This document shows positions 43,049 through 55,000 of a stretch of 64,000 bases of DNA, one piece after another; position 1 is the stretch's first letter, and each line of letters begins with the position of its first letter. The notes under the pieces are model-generated. The model saw only the letters and a program-made list of their open reading frames with translations. It searched no databases and had not been told where the DNA came from. This DNA comes from an uncultured Elusimicrobia bacterium (lineage in GTDB: Bacteria; Elusimicrobiota; Elusimicrobia; 2-01-FULL-59-12), in contig OY969767.1 in NCBI GenBank assembly GCA_963702895.1, forward strand, positions 2,144,001 to 2,208,000, written 5' to 3'. A program made the position numbers and the translations under genes.

Positions 43049-45057
43049 TTGATCACCACCACTTTCCCCGTCTTTTTGGCTCCGCCGTCCGCCTTCAGGT
43101 GATACACGTAGACCCCGGAGGCCACCCGGTCGCCGCTTTCGTTCGTCAGGTCCCAACTCACGGAGCTGCTTGATCTCGGCAGCGTCTTCACGTGATGCCC
43201 CGAGACCGTGAAGATCTTGATCTCGGTATCGACCGTGAGCTGGTCAAAGGTGATCGACCTCGCCGCGTGCCGGTCGCTCCGCCAGGGGTTGGGATAGACC
43301 CGGACAGGCGGAGGGTCGGAGGTTCTGGCGGCATAGTCCGGGCCTGGCCCGCAGAGTGTTGGGTAACGGACACAGTCAGTCCGGATCGGGTGCGGGTAGG
43401 TGAAGGGCGTGTAATATGCCATCCAGGTGTCGGGCGCGGCGCATTTGTAGAAAGTCCCCGCAATCGGGCGGGCTGGATTGACGCCCACCATGCCGGTCAT
43501 GTCCGAGCAGGATTGATCCGTTGCCCAGTAGCCAACACCGGGCGTGCAGGTTGCCGGGCGCGCGGCCAGCGTGCCGCACCCAACACCTCCACCGGCCGTT
43601 CCGGTGCCGTCAAAGGACCCCGCTTTTTGCGAAAAGAAATCTTTGTTTTCGGCAATCGGCGATCCCGCTCCCATGTTCAGCCAATTGATATCACCATCCC
43701 TCACCGTGAATCGAGGTGCGACGCCGGCCCAATTGGGCTCGATGGATCCACTCCGATAGGGAGGGACCATGGGAGTCGTGTATTGTGATTTCTTCCAGCA
43801 ATTCCCATAAGGATCGCCTGTGAATTTCTGGCAGTAAATGTCACTCGTTTCGCCGACTGATCCATACAGATGATTGGGCTGCCAGGGAGATGCTGCGTCA
43901 CTGCAGCAATTTTCACTACCTAACTCCAACGGTATTAACACGACCCCGTCGGATCTGGTGTTCCAATTGCCCCAGTAATAGGACTCGGTCGCATGCTGGA
44001 CATAGTTTGAATTGACAGGCCAGAGCCTGTCTGCACACTCTTCTCTCACAGACGTGCCCGACTTGCCTGTTGTTGTCGTCAACAGGCTATTCATAAAGAC
44101 CAAGACCATGCCGCCCCGTTGATCGATCAGATTGTTCAGATATCCGGGAGTTGTCCTGTTCCATTTATTTCCATAGATTTCAATGACCATCATGGACGCA
44201 TTGCCGCAGGTTGAACTCCCAATGCATCCGGCACCGCCCGGCTGATTGCCATGAATGTCGTAAACGTATCCAAAATTGCCATTAAAGGTGTTATAGCGTG
44301 AGGCATACCTTCCACCCTGCCCCCCACTATTCATCATTCCATTGGTGGATGTGTTATAAACGTTATCCTCGAAATACAGATTATTCCCATCACCGAACGC
44401 GCGAGAAGCTCCAAACGCATCCCATTGGACATGGTCGTTCCCGTAAGCCGATGTACTGCCGCCGTTAATCACATTATTATCAACGACACCGTAAAACGTC
44501 CCACTCACGTAGATCGTCCGCGACCCTTTTGCTGTGATTTGGCAGTGGTCGATCCGGACGAACACGGGGATTGCTGTGTTTTGAAAGAGGGTAACAACTC
44601 CAACATTCGAAGCTGCGGGAGCGTCTAAAGTGAAGCCCGATATTCGAAACCGATCGGAACTGTCCGGGACGCTGGGCGCAAACGTGATCAGCGGCGCGAT
44701 CGTTCCTGTAATCTTTGTCGCCAACGCGGATGCACCTCGGAGAACGATGCCTTTGGTGATGGTGAGCGTTTTGTTCCAGGTCGCCGCGCAGGCGGGAACT
44801 TGGACGGTGTCCTGAGACTGGGCCGCGCTCACGGCCGCCTGCACGTCCGCCTGCGAACAGCTGGTGGCATTGATCGTGGCCGCTTGCGCCGCCGGAGCAG
44901 CCAGCAGCAAGAGAAGGCTGTATCGGAGTAACGGGGTAACGGGGTATCGGAGTAACGGAGTAACGGTGTATCGGGGTAACACCTCTAAGAGCGTAATGTG
45001 TTTACGTCGCCGTGACTCCGGTACTCCGATACTCCGATACCCCGTTACGAAAATCAT
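43045..45057 (-). CDS. Secreted beta-helix protein with shared CTD; array gene 6
   Basis: SCSQADVQAAV module, GCGTLAARPATCTPGVGYWATDQSC motif, CTD. Confidence 0.82.
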   Translation of the reverse strand: MIFVTGYRSIGVPESRRRKHITLLEVLPRYTVTPLLRYPVTPLLRYSLLLLLAAPAAQAATINATSCSQADVQAAVSAAQSQDTVQVPACAATWNKTLTITKGIVLRGASALATKITGTIAPLITFAPSVPDSSDRFRISGFTLDAPAASNVGVVTLFQNTAIPVFVRIDHCQITAKGSRTIYVSGTFYGVVDNNVINGGSTSAYGNDHVQWDAFGASRAFGDGNNLYFEDNVYNTSTNGMMNSGGQGGRYASRYNTFNGNFGYVYDIHGNQPGGAGCIGSSTCGNASMMVIEIYGNKWNRTTPGYLNNLIDQRGGMVLVFMNSLLTTTTGKSGTSVREECADRLWPVNSNYVQHATESYYWGNWNTRSDGVVLIPLELGSENCCSDAASPWQPNHLYGSVGETSDIYCQKFTGDPYGNCWKKSQYTTPMVPPYRSGSIEPNWAGVAPRFTVRDGDINWLNMGAGSPIAENKDFFSQKAGSFDGTGTAGGGVGCGTLAARPATCTPGVGYWATDQSCSDMTGMVGVNPARPIAGTFYKCAAPDTWMAYYTPFTYPHPIRTDCVRYPTLCGPGPDYAARTSDPPPVRVYPNPWRSDRHAARSITFDQLTVDTEIKIFTVSGHHVKTLPRSSSSVSWDLTNESGDRVASGVYVYHLKADGGAKKTGKVVVIK

Positions 45058-48000
45058 TTGATCACCACCACTTTCCCCGTCATTTTGGCTCCGCCTTCGG
45101 CCTTCAGGTGATAGACGTAGATCCCGGAGGCCACCCGGTCCCCGCTCTCATTGGTCAGGTCCCAGGTGACCTGGCTGCTTGAGGTAGGCAGCGTCTTCAC
45201 GTGGTGCCCCGAGACCGTGAAGATCTTGATCTCGGTGTTGACTGTGAGACTGTCAAACGTGACGGACCTCGTACTGTGACGGTCGCTGCGCCAAGGGTTG
45301 GGATAAACCCGCACGCTGTCCAAATTCGCCGAAACCAGCCTCACCCAGGCACTCGCCCAGGCGCTGGTGCCGTACGCATTGGTCGCCTGCACGCGCAGCG
45401 TGTAGTCTCCCGGAGCAAGATTGAGCGCTCCCAATTGGAAGCGCGGCGCGGTCGTCGCCATAGGGGCTCCGTGGACGATTCCCTGAGCAGCAACTTGACC
45501 CGCCATGGATTGGAAGATAGGCGCTCCCCCCGCGCGCGGGACGAGCTCCCACTGAAATCCGGTCGCTCTGGCAACCTCAGGGATGGCGATCTCACCGCTG
45601 ATCCGAAAGTAACGGCCTTCGACCCCGCGAAGGTCCGGCACGGCCGGCGGCGTGTTGCCGCCACCAGGCGGAGGGGGTGGCAGACCCGTTCTAAGCGGGT
45701 GGGGATAAGGATAAGGCGTATAGGAGGTTGACCAGGTGTTGGGCGCGGTGCATTGGTAGAGCGTGCCGGAAATCGGACTTGCCGGACTGGCACCGACCCT
45801 GCCGGTGAGATCCGTGCAGGATTGGTCCGTGGCCCAATAACCAACACCGGGCGTGCAGGTCGCCGGGCGCGCGGCCAGCGTGCCGCACCCCATCCCCACA
45901 GTCCCATTGAAACCCGCCTGATGATTCCAATAATCAACATTTTCCGTAATGGTGTAAGGCGATCCGACCGCGGCATCGGCGCAGTAGTCCGAGCCTTTGG
46001 TCATGGGGCGGAGAATTCCCCCACCGTAGTTCGCCCATACATACGAATTTTGAACATGCTGGGAGTACGCCGGGGAAGCGGGGCTTTGACAAGAATCACA
46101 TGAATACTGTGCATAGTACGGCTTGGCATAAGAAGAATCACTGGAGTTGTAAAACATTAACTGCCAACTACCCCTATGCGCCATCCAGGTGGAAAAATCC
46201 GGGCTATTGACGATCTTATTCCCGTAGTACTCGGATTTGATCGTGGACCATTGCTCACAAGAATCCTGATTAGGGTTGCAAGAACCGGCCACCGAAGGGC
46301 TGCAATTGGAATTCCCGCATCCGCTGGGGCAGGTATAGCCCGGGCTTGTCGCCATGCTCTGCAATCCGTGATTGACCCACAGGCCCGAAAGGCCGGCGGC
46401 ATTGGCCAAATCCGTGGTGTTGTACCGATAGACATAACCCGGCGCGCCCTGCCCGCTGTCGGTCAGTCCGCCCTCCATGGCCCGGGTAAAACTGATGGTG
46501 TTGTCCTCGATGAAGAAATTCGTCCCGGTCCCATACTCCCTCGGAACCAGCGCCCAGGAGACCGCGTCTCTCCCCATCGTTCTGAGAGAGTACACGACAT
46601 TGATGAAATGATTCAAATAGGCCACGCCATAAACCGGCCCATTAATACTCACACCTGTGTGATCGGAATTTCGGAACGTGTTGTGATGGATTTTGATATT
46701 GGAAATGACTTTCGAGGAACTCCCGTTTTCGATATAGAGCAGGCCCCGGTGTTTCGATAGCGAATGGCCATCCAAGGTAAAACCCGTGATTTCGAATTCC
46801 TCATCATTGTTTTGGGCCGTCTCATCCGGAACATAAGCGATCTGGCCATGGTCGGAGGGTCCGTTCAGGGTAATCGTGGTGGGCCCCCCGATGCCACCCT
46901 GCAACTTGATGCCTTGGGTGAGGCAAAGCAATGTATTCCTTCCACCACAGCTCGTCTCGTTGGACCATGTGCATGAACCGGCCGGGACGCTGATCGTGTC
47001 CCCTCGTTCCGCACGGCTCACAGCGGCCTGGACATCCGCCTGCGAACAGCTGGCGGCGGTGATCGGGGGCCGAACAAATTCATGGGCTCCTATGTCCGGC
47101 GCAGAACCATAGAGCACCTGCCGGCCGCCGGAATCCCGATAGAGCCAAATGGGTGCGCCATCTTCCCACGACAGGGGCGCCGCGAGCGTCACGCGGTTCG
47201 TGGCGTAATCGATCGAGCGGATCTGCGCCACATTCGTCACACGGCCAACAGCGATCCAGTCGGGGAATAACGTGACGCCTTGGGCCATCGCGGCACCCCA
47301 GGTGCCATCCTGAAAGTATTGGGCGTCACGGACCACGAGCGTCACGGAGTTGGAACCCGCGCCGTTGGCTTGGGTGAGGAACGTTCCGCTATCAATAGCC
47401 GGTGAATTGGTCCGAAGCTGAAGATCCGGAAGGGTCAAGCTGGAGGGTTGGGTCAGATCTGGGCTGACAAAGAGCGGATCGCCGTTGGGGGTCAGCCAGT
47501 TCGAAACGACCGTATTCCCGACGGAGTCCTGGATATCGAGTCCACCATAAAGAACGGCCCGGGCGTTGCCATACACGATGTTGTTCTTGATCACATTCCC
47601 TGTGTTCAAGCTCGGATAATAGAAATGGATTCCCATCTGCGGTTCCGGGCAGGTGGAATGCGTGCAGGTGTGGTAATACGGGTAACCATACCCGTTTTTG
47701 TAAACGGTATTGCTGAAAATCCGGTTATTGAGACCGCCGATCGAACCATGCCCGGTCGGCCCGTACTTCGGCATCAGCCCGTTGTTCATGCTGCCGTAAA
47801 AAGCGTTGTACCGGACAATGTTCCTGGAGGACGCCAGCGCCAAACTGTCCGCCCCGTCATTGTTCGGATTGGGCCCTGCGAAACCCAGTCTGTTGTTCTC
47901 CACCAAGTTATAGAGTCCGTCTCTGCCAAAACTATCGGTGATCTGCCAAACCCGGTGGCTGTACGACCCGTTGTAGGCGGGGTTGTCGTATTGGGTGGCG

Positions 48001-48938
48001 GGCCATGTCACGCTGCAGGCGCCATTGTCCGCCGGGTACCACGGCTCGTTATGCGCGACGTTGTTTTTGATGACTTGCCGGGTGCCATAGGTGTCCATGA
48101 CGGCATGCCCGGCATAGGCCATGTAATTGTCTTCGATGGTGATGTGGTGGTTGGCCCCTGTGGTGCAGTTGACACCAGCGCCGCCGCCACAGCTTCCGTT
48201 GGGATAGCCCACACGCACCGCGTCGCCGCCTTCGGAAATGGATGTTCCATTACATCCGCCGCCGGCCGCTAACTTATAGAAGGTATTGTGATGCACCCAA
48301 AGGTCGCTGACATAGCACCGGAAGTCCGTTCCGCCAATGCAGGCCTCCGCCATCGTAAAGTTCCCGCCGCGGAAGGGAGAGGTGACATTGCGAAAAGTGC
48401 ATCTGGCGACTTCAACATGATGAGCGCCGTTGCGAATTAAGTAGTCGGAAAAGTCGGTGAAAAGGAGGCCGTCGATTCGGATATAGCTCTGATTAATCTG
48501 CAACCCCCACATGCGCGTCCCGTAAGTCCCTTTGAGTTCGGGGGTTTCGCCGGGAGCGTTTTTGAAGGTGATCCAGGCGCTCGATGTCCCCGAACGAGCG
48601 GGGAGCAGCGCAGTTGCGTATAGGGTGGAGAAGGAATACGTACCTCCTTTCAAATAAACCCAATCGCCTGCGCTGGCATTGGAATTGGCGGTCCCCAACG
48701 AACAATAGTTGCTCGCGGGATCGCTGGCGCTCTGGCAGCTCGCCCAAGAGGATGTCCCCGTTGGGCTCACCCAGTAGGTGGCCGCCTGAACGGCCAACGG
48801 CGAAAATAGAAAATAGACAATAGCAGCAACATACAGACGCGGCGACGCGGTGACGCGGTGACTCGGTGATGTAGCTGTTTCTCCGTATCGGACGCTCCCC
48901 GTGTCTGCGTGTCCCCGTGTCCCCGTGTCGCTTCTCAT
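45054..48938 (-). CDS. Secreted protein with two beta-helix modules, Ig/FN3-like domain and CTD; array gene 5
   Basis: ATYWVSP.G...PDIGAHEF module plus SCSQADVQAAV module, CTD. Confidence 0.82.
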   Translation of the reverse strand: MRSDTGTRGHADTGSVRYGETATSPSHRVTASPRLYVAAIVYFLFSPLAVQAATYWVSPTGTSSWASCQSASDPASNYCSLGTANSNASAGDWVYLKGGTYSFSTLYATALLPARSGTSSAWITFKNAPGETPELKGTYGTRMWGLQINQSYIRIDGLLFTDFSDYLIRNGAHHVEVARCTFRNVTSPFRGGNFTMAEACIGGTDFRCYVSDLWVHHNTFYKLAAGGGCNGTSISEGGDAVRVGYPNGSCGGGAGVNCTTGANHHITIEDNYMAYAGHAVMDTYGTRQVIKNNVAHNEPWYPADNGACSVTWPATQYDNPAYNGSYSHRVWQITDSFGRDGLYNLVENNRLGFAGPNPNNDGADSLALASSRNIVRYNAFYGSMNNGLMPKYGPTGHGSIGGLNNRIFSNTVYKNGYGYPYYHTCTHSTCPEPQMGIHFYYPSLNTGNVIKNNIVYGNARAVLYGGLDIQDSVGNTVVSNWLTPNGDPLFVSPDLTQPSSLTLPDLQLRTNSPAIDSGTFLTQANGAGSNSVTLVVRDAQYFQDGTWGAAMAQGVTLFPDWIAVGRVTNVAQIRSIDYATNRVTLAAPLSWEDGAPIWLYRDSGGRQVLYGSAPDIGAHEFVRPPITAASCSQADVQAAVSRAERGDTISVPAGSCTWSNETSCGGRNTLLCLTQGIKLQGGIGGPTTITLNGPSDHGQIAYVPDETAQNNDEEFEITGFTLDGHSLSKHRGLLYIENGSSSKVISNIKIHHNTFRNSDHTGVSINGPVYGVAYLNHFINVVYSLRTMGRDAVSWALVPREYGTGTNFFIEDNTISFTRAMEGGLTDSGQGAPGYVYRYNTTDLANAAGLSGLWVNHGLQSMATSPGYTCPSGCGNSNCSPSVAGSCNPNQDSCEQWSTIKSEYYGNKIVNSPDFSTWMAHRGSWQLMFYNSSDSSYAKPYYAQYSCDSCQSPASPAYSQHVQNSYVWANYGGGILRPMTKGSDYCADAAVGSPYTITENVDYWNHQAGFNGTVGMGCGTLAARPATCTPGVGYWATDQSCTDLTGRVGASPASPISGTLYQCTAPNTWSTSYTPYPYPHPLRTGLPPPPPGGGNTPPAVPDLRGVEGRYFRISGEIAIPEVARATGFQWELVPRAGGAPIFQSMAGQVAAQGIVHGAPMATTAPRFQLGALNLAPGDYTLRVQATNAYGTSAWASAWVRLVSANLDSVRVYPNPWRSDRHSTRSVTFDSLTVNTEIKIFTVSGHHVKTLPTSSSQVTWDLTNESGDRVASGIYVYHLKAEGGAKMTGKVVVIK

Positions 48939-51900
48939 TTAATCACCACCACTTGCCCCGTCTTTTTGGCTCCGCCTTCCGCCTTCAGGTGATAGACGTA
49001 GATCCCCGACGCCACCCGGTCCCCGCTTTCATTCGTCAGGTCCCAGATGACGGAGCTGCTTGAGCTCGGCAGCGTCTTCACATGATGCCCCGAGACCGTG
49101 AAAATCTTGATCTCGGTATCGACGGTGAGGCTGTCAAAAGTGACCGACCTCGCCGCGTGCCGGTCGCTCCGCCAGGGGTTGGGATAGACGCGGACAGCGG
49201 AAAGGTCCGCTGGCACCAGGGTCACGTTGGCGCTCGCGGGGATCGAAACGCGACCGGCAGTATCGGTCGCGGTGACGGTAATCTGATAGTTCCCGGGGAC
49301 CAGACCATAGGGCGCAAGGTTTGCCACTCCGCTGCTTGTGCTGAAATTGGCCGTCGGTGCTCGGGCGATTGTCCCCGCGGACGTTCCGGGCGCCGGCAGC
49401 GCGCCTGCCGGGAGCGGGGTGACCGACCAGCTGAAGCTGCGAATCTCATGCCCCGGAGCGCTCGCGGTGATCTGAGCGTTCACGGGCAGAACCGTCCTCC
49501 CCCCTAAATCCAACGAGACATAGATTAAGGGCGCCTCACAAACCAGGGGCTTTCCGCCTGGGCCCAAAGTGTTGAAAGCAATGGAGAACGGCGTTGTGGT
49601 CGAATGATTGTAATAGGCGTCAATGCACTTGACGTAGTAGGTGTAGACCCTATTACTCGCTAGCCCTGTAAGGGTTGTCGAGTGAGACGTGCCTCCCGAT
49701 GTTCCAAAAATCGTTGTATAACGATGAAAATCAAGGGCTGGATAGGCATCATATTTGCATGCCGCGGGCTCGTCGGTCACCACTGAAATCGTGGCGTAAG
49801 CATCCCCGATACACGTCGCGGTCCCTGATACAACCACGGGCGGTGTCACATCTTCGGGAGGCCCCAAGACCCCCGGAGCAGAAGGCGGCAGCGGTGTGGC
49901 AGGGTAAGGACAATTGGCCCCCTGGATAAACCCGCCTCGAACGCTGCCGCTGAAATCAATCCGTGTTTCATCCAGGGTGGCCAATTCCAACATTAAGGTA
50001 TTAAACCACCAACTGAGTTTTCTCTGGGGCGTGGAGGGATAGGACGGAAATCCAGCTCTCACGCTTTCGGTGATCCACGTCGTTTGAGCGGCAAGATCTC
50101 CGCCGAAGTATCCTGGGGCGAGTTTCTCGCTGGTAAAGGTCCTGGGGTCCCGATTCGTCCTGTGCCATCCGATAAAACCATACTTCGCGCACCGAGAAAA
50201 TTCATGAAACAAAGCCACAAAGGATTCGCCCTCGGTTCGAAAGGGCCCTTTCACAAAAGGACTTGAAAATTGATCGTTTTGTATTAAACCGTGAATTCCA
50301 AAAGCCACGAGGGCGGACACATCGGCGCAATGATTGAAATCATCGTATTCGATCGTTTGGTCTCTCAGACCAGAGGCATTAATCCCCGCGCCATAAGAGG
50401 GGGTCAGGCTTCTGGCATATTCAGAACTGTCACCCGCAAAATCACAGGAACTGTCATAGTCCGTTGGAGAAAGGAAGGATGAATCATAGCCAATCGTTCT
50501 CCTCCTATAAGTTGCGCCAACATCTCGGAGCGATCGGGTCAGTCTGATAAAGACCTCATGGACGCGGCGGCCGTCTCCCGTGATAGCCTTGTACCGCAAT
50601 AAAGGGGCCACAGCGAGTTCGGCCATCCAGCTGGAACACCAGGCATCCGTCCCTCCTTCCGAATGTTGTCCGGAGGAGTGGACAAAACAATTCTGCGGTG
50701 GGAAATTTTGCAAATTGATCGCTGTTAATTCCGCTTGATTGGTCGTGGTGATGTGCCGATACGCCGTGTTAAACATCTCCATGGCGGCTGTTCTGTATTC
50801 CGGCCTTTCGGTGAGCTCAAACCCATAAACCAGCCCTTCCATGCTGGTCGCCAGAAGCCGCTCGGTCCATAATCTATCGACTCCCCTCAAATGGCCCTGC
50901 CTGTAGGGCGTGACAAAATAAGGGTCCTCATACCACATTTGGGCCATATTCGACCCTGCTTCAAAAGCCGTCTCGTCCCCCGTCAACGCGTAATACTCGG
51001 CCACTCCCCTTAAATGGGAGTATTTGCTGTCTTGGGACGGCTTCCCTGTGAAATATCCCTTCCACACCCCCGTGGTGCCAATATGTTCTGCGAAATAGGA
51101 GCAGGCCCGCAGGGCATGACGGTAATAGCGAACATCGTCCAAATGAGAGTAGCCTGCGAGATAGGTGTCACACATATCGTAGAGCCAGCCCTCGTAGTTC
51201 GAAGCATCGTAGACGCTCCCAGGGTCTGGATTCATTTTATAGCCATCGCCATAGATCGAAGAATTTAGGAAGAGATCGAATTCATCAGAAATAAATCGGA
51301 GACCGGCGAGGTTGGATTTGCTGAGTAATTGTTGCCTGGACATTTGAGGCCCGAATATCCCCGAGGAGGCAAGATACCCTTCCGGATAGGTGGCCAGGAC
51401 TTTCGGCTCGCGGCCGGTCCATAAGGTCTTCTCTCTGACATTATTTTCCACAAAAGAATACGCAGTCCCATCAAAGGCGATGCTCCGGTCCACCACCTCG
51501 GCTTTTTCATCAGAAACAAAAGAGGTCTCACGAAATGGGGCCATCGTTGAACTGGTCGTTCCACCCGAATTCGGATTAATCACGACCATGACGGTGACAC
51601 TGTCCGAGCGCATTTGCGCCGCGGGGAATTGCAGCAAGAGCGACTTGATGCTGGTTCTATTCCCCGAAGCGTTAAAGTGATAGAGAATGGCTTTGGAGGA
51701 AACGTTCGTGATGGGGTCCCCGGAGGGATGCGCTTTGATTTTAACCTTGGCGGCGTCAAACAGGAGCCCTTCCTTGACTGGCAAACCAAACGATACGGTC
51801 GTCGCATCGCTTTGTAATTTCGTAAGACCGATTAAGACTTCTGTTTCGAAAGCGTAGACTGGGCTGCACAACAAAAAGCTTGCCGCGACGATGAGATGCC

Positions 51901-51952
51901 GAGCAACGGAGGGGTGCTTCGCTAAAAGAGGTCTGTTCATGGAATGGTTCAT
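48935..51952 (-). CDS. Secreted (alpha/alpha)-toroid putative glycan-active protein with FN3/Ig-like domains and CTD; array gene 4 (start uncertain, up to 51985)
   Basis: VSFGLPV.EG.L N-terminal barrel-like motif, EYYALTGD helical repeats, CTD. Confidence 0.72.
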   Translation of the reverse strand: MNHSMNRPLLAKHPSVARHLIVAASFLLCSPVYAFETEVLIGLTKLQSDATTVSFGLPVKEGLLFDAAKVKIKAHPSGDPITNVSSKAILYHFNASGNRTSIKSLLLQFPAAQMRSDSVTVMVVINPNSGGTTSSTMAPFRETSFVSDEKAEVVDRSIAFDGTAYSFVENNVREKTLWTGREPKVLATYPEGYLASSGIFGPQMSRQQLLSKSNLAGLRFISDEFDLFLNSSIYGDGYKMNPDPGSVYDASNYEGWLYDMCDTYLAGYSHLDDVRYYRHALRACSYFAEHIGTTGVWKGYFTGKPSQDSKYSHLRGVAEYYALTGDETAFEAGSNMAQMWYEDPYFVTPYRQGHLRGVDRLWTERLLATSMEGLVYGFELTERPEYRTAAMEMFNTAYRHITTTNQAELTAINLQNFPPQNCFVHSSGQHSEGGTDAWCSSWMAELAVAPLLRYKAITGDGRRVHEVFIRLTRSLRDVGATYRRRTIGYDSSFLSPTDYDSSCDFAGDSSEYARSLTPSYGAGINASGLRDQTIEYDDFNHCADVSALVAFGIHGLIQNDQFSSPFVKGPFRTEGESFVALFHEFSRCAKYGFIGWHRTNRDPRTFTSEKLAPGYFGGDLAAQTTWITESVRAGFPSYPSTPQRKLSWWFNTLMLELATLDETRIDFSGSVRGGFIQGANCPYPATPLPPSAPGVLGPPEDVTPPVVVSGTATCIGDAYATISVVTDEPAACKYDAYPALDFHRYTTIFGTSGGTSHSTTLTGLASNRVYTYYVKCIDAYYNHSTTTPFSIAFNTLGPGGKPLVCEAPLIYVSLDLGGRTVLPVNAQITASAPGHEIRSFSWSVTPLPAGALPAPGTSAGTIARAPTANFSTSSGVANLAPYGLVPGNYQITVTATDTAGRVSIPASANVTLVPADLSAVRVYPNPWRSDRHAARSVTFDSLTVDTEIKIFTVSGHHVKTLPSSSSSVIWDLTNESGDRVASGIYVYHLKAEGGAKKTGQVVVIK

Positions 51953-52019
51953 CCTTTCGAGAATTATTCTGTTAGTCTCATGCAACTACTAACGACCAGG
52001 GCACGTCCCCCTGGTCGTC

Positions 52020-55000
52020 TCACCGGATCACCACCACTTGCCCCGTCTTTTTGGCTCCGCCGTCCGCCTTCAGGTGATAGACGTAAATCCCCGAGGCCAC
52101 CCGGTCGCCGCTTTCATTGGTCAGGTCCCAGGTGACCGAGCTGCTTGAGGTGGGCAGCGTCTTCACGTGGTGCCCCGAGACTGTAAAGATCTTGATCTCG
52201 GTATCGATCGTGAGACTGTCAAAAGTGACCGACCTCGCCGCGTGCCGGTCGCTCCGCCAAGGGTTGGGATAGACCCGGACCTGATCGAGATTGGCTGACA
52301 CCAGCGTTACCTGCGCCGAAGCCGGCGAAGAGGCGCTGCCGGAGGCGTCATGGGCCGTGACGGTCACGAGGTATGTTCCCAGGTCAAGGTTCTGCGCGGC
52401 GAGGCTTGCGACCGTAGAAGCCGTGGTGAAAGAGGCGCTTGGAGCATGTCCCGCACTTAGCGTCCCGTGTCTCGCGTCTTGCGTCTCGCGTCCGACGTCA
52501 ACCGCTGTCGGTGCTGGACTCGGGACCCGGAACCCGGGACTCGAGACTTGTGACGCGGGACTCGAGACTCGAGACTCGGGACTCGAGACTTGCGACGCGG
52601 GACTCGAGACTCGGGACGCGGGACCCACCATCGACGTAAACGTCCAACTGAAATACGCCGGCGCCACAGACCCGCCGTAGCCGGCGCGCACTTCGGCGTT
52701 CACCGGCAGATAAGCCGGCAGGTTCAAGGTCGGGGTGGCCAGGCCGCCGGGAGGTGGAGGGGGTGGAGGAGGAGGCGGGGGTGGTGGCACGACGATCGGA
52801 CAGCTGCCGGAGGGGCAATACTCATAGGCTCCGATGTCCCAGGCGGTACCTTGAGGCCGCGACACACCCTCCTTGTCGGTGGCGAACTCGCTTTGCACGC
52901 TTCCCGCATCGATCACCGGTGAGCCGGCCAGAGGCTTATACGATCCATCCAAACGAGGATCGACGTTCAGGCCATGGGCATCGAACCCCAGCGCGCGCCA
53001 CTCGGACCAGGTCTTGTCGGCATCTCGGTAGCGAACGAGTGCGCTCGCACCCTCATGATGGTTGTAGTCCAGCGATACAACGTTAACCCCTCCGGATAAA
53101 TCGATGCTATACCGCCCATTTTTGGAGAGGATATTATTCTGCAACTTTGAAATCGTGATGGTTCGGCCGCCTGACGCGGACGCCCTGAAACCGGTTCGCG
53201 TGTTGGAAACAATCGTGTTGTTGAGTATTTGTAGGTTTGAGATCGTGGCCCCCGCCGCCGTCGCGAAGACCTGGATGCCTTGCTGGGCATTGCCATGGAT
53301 CAGATTGTTGTAGACGAGAATGTTATTGAGCGTTTTGCCGTTCCCTGCTCCGTCGCCGTCCGCGTTAATCATGATGCCGTGCCCGCCGTCACCCACATCG
53401 CGAGGTTGGAGGCTGTAGAGCTCGTTCCCGTAGACTTGCACATCGCTTGCCGCCACAACGATCCCTGCCAGGACGCCCCCCGTAGCCCCCGCATAGACGA
53501 TGTTGTTGCGAACAATCGCTCCAAAGTTTCCCGGTTTGATGTCAATGTCCCCTTCCCCTGCCGTGCCCGCATTGATGACCGTATTGCCTTCTACCACAGT
53601 CCCCGTGATGGTGTCCGCCAGATAGTTGTAATGCCCCATGTAGATACCTTCCAGCGGGGTATTGCTGATCACGTTATCGCGGACCGTAATGTTGTAACAG
53701 CCGTCTTCGGCGTAGCCAAACCAGATCCCGTGATTGTTGACCGGGGTGTCCACAATGTTGTTCTCCACCAGCACATCGTAGATGTTGCGAGTCGGATTCG
53801 CGGTACCAAGCGCGACACCGCCCCACGACGGCCTGATGAGCTGGAACCCCCGTATAGTTATGAAGGCGTTGTCGTTGTGGACAGAGATCGTGCCGCCCCC
53901 CCCGCCTGCATGGGTCAGCGTGGCTCGATTGCCCGGTACCGTCTCCGTCTGCCACACCGCCGTGCCGCTGATCGCGGTGTTGTACTTTGATTGCCCGTCA
54001 AGTCGAAGGGGGCGCTCGGCGTTAGCGCTGGTGCCGACCGGGATGGTGAGGTACTGATCGTCGTTCCACGTGGCGCGGCTTGAGAAGTAGAGGGTGACCG
54101 GCCCAACTTGTAAGGCGCTCTTGATCAGTGTCCAATTGATGTCGCCGCGCCGCTTCCAAGGATTGGCGGCGGAACCGTCCCCCGAAGTAGTGCGGGCATA
54201 ATCAATAAAGTATTCGGTGCCCTCTGTAGCGGTAGATCCGAAAGTCGTAGCGCTCGCCGCGGCCGACAGCGCCGAGACATTCCCGGCCGCATCGTAAGCG
54301 GTCACGCGGTAGCTGTAGGACGTCGAAGGCACAAGGCCCGTGCTTATATAGGAAGTCCCACTGGTGACGCTCGAGATCCAGACCCCATTGCGATAAATAC
54401 CGTAGCCTGCCACCCCGACCGCATCAGTCGAGGCGGTCCAAGAAAGATTGATCGCTGTCGAAGAAACGGCCACCGCCGCGAGGCCCGTCGGCACCGAAGG
54501 GGGGGTCGTGTCCGGCGGAGGGGGTGCTCCACTTGTTGCGGCGACGTAGAGGGTTTTGCTCGCGTAAAGCGGGTAAACCCTCACGCCGAGCGCTCCGCCG
54601 CCCACAGAGCAAGTGTAAGGACTTGCGTTGTCGACCGTGGTCGGGATGCCATCCTCGTAACAAACGACAAAACGAACAAGCTCCGTGTCCGAGGGCGTTA
54701 CAGTAACAAGCCCGCCCGACTGAGAATAGGTCGCGCTCAAGGTGTAGCCGCCCGCCTTGTAGGGATACGCCCCGATGTCGGGTGTGGCATCGTGACCGAA
54801 GTACACCGCCTCCCCGTTGGCCCATGTGAAGGACGGCGTAACGGTGATGGCGTTTCCTGAGATACTCACCACGGTCACGACGTCGGTGCCGACCGTGATC
54901 GTATCGCCCACCACCACATTGCCGCCATATTGCGTGATGGTCGTATCATCATCAGAAAAGTAGCTGGCGTCACCCACCATGAACGTCGTGCCCGTATTGT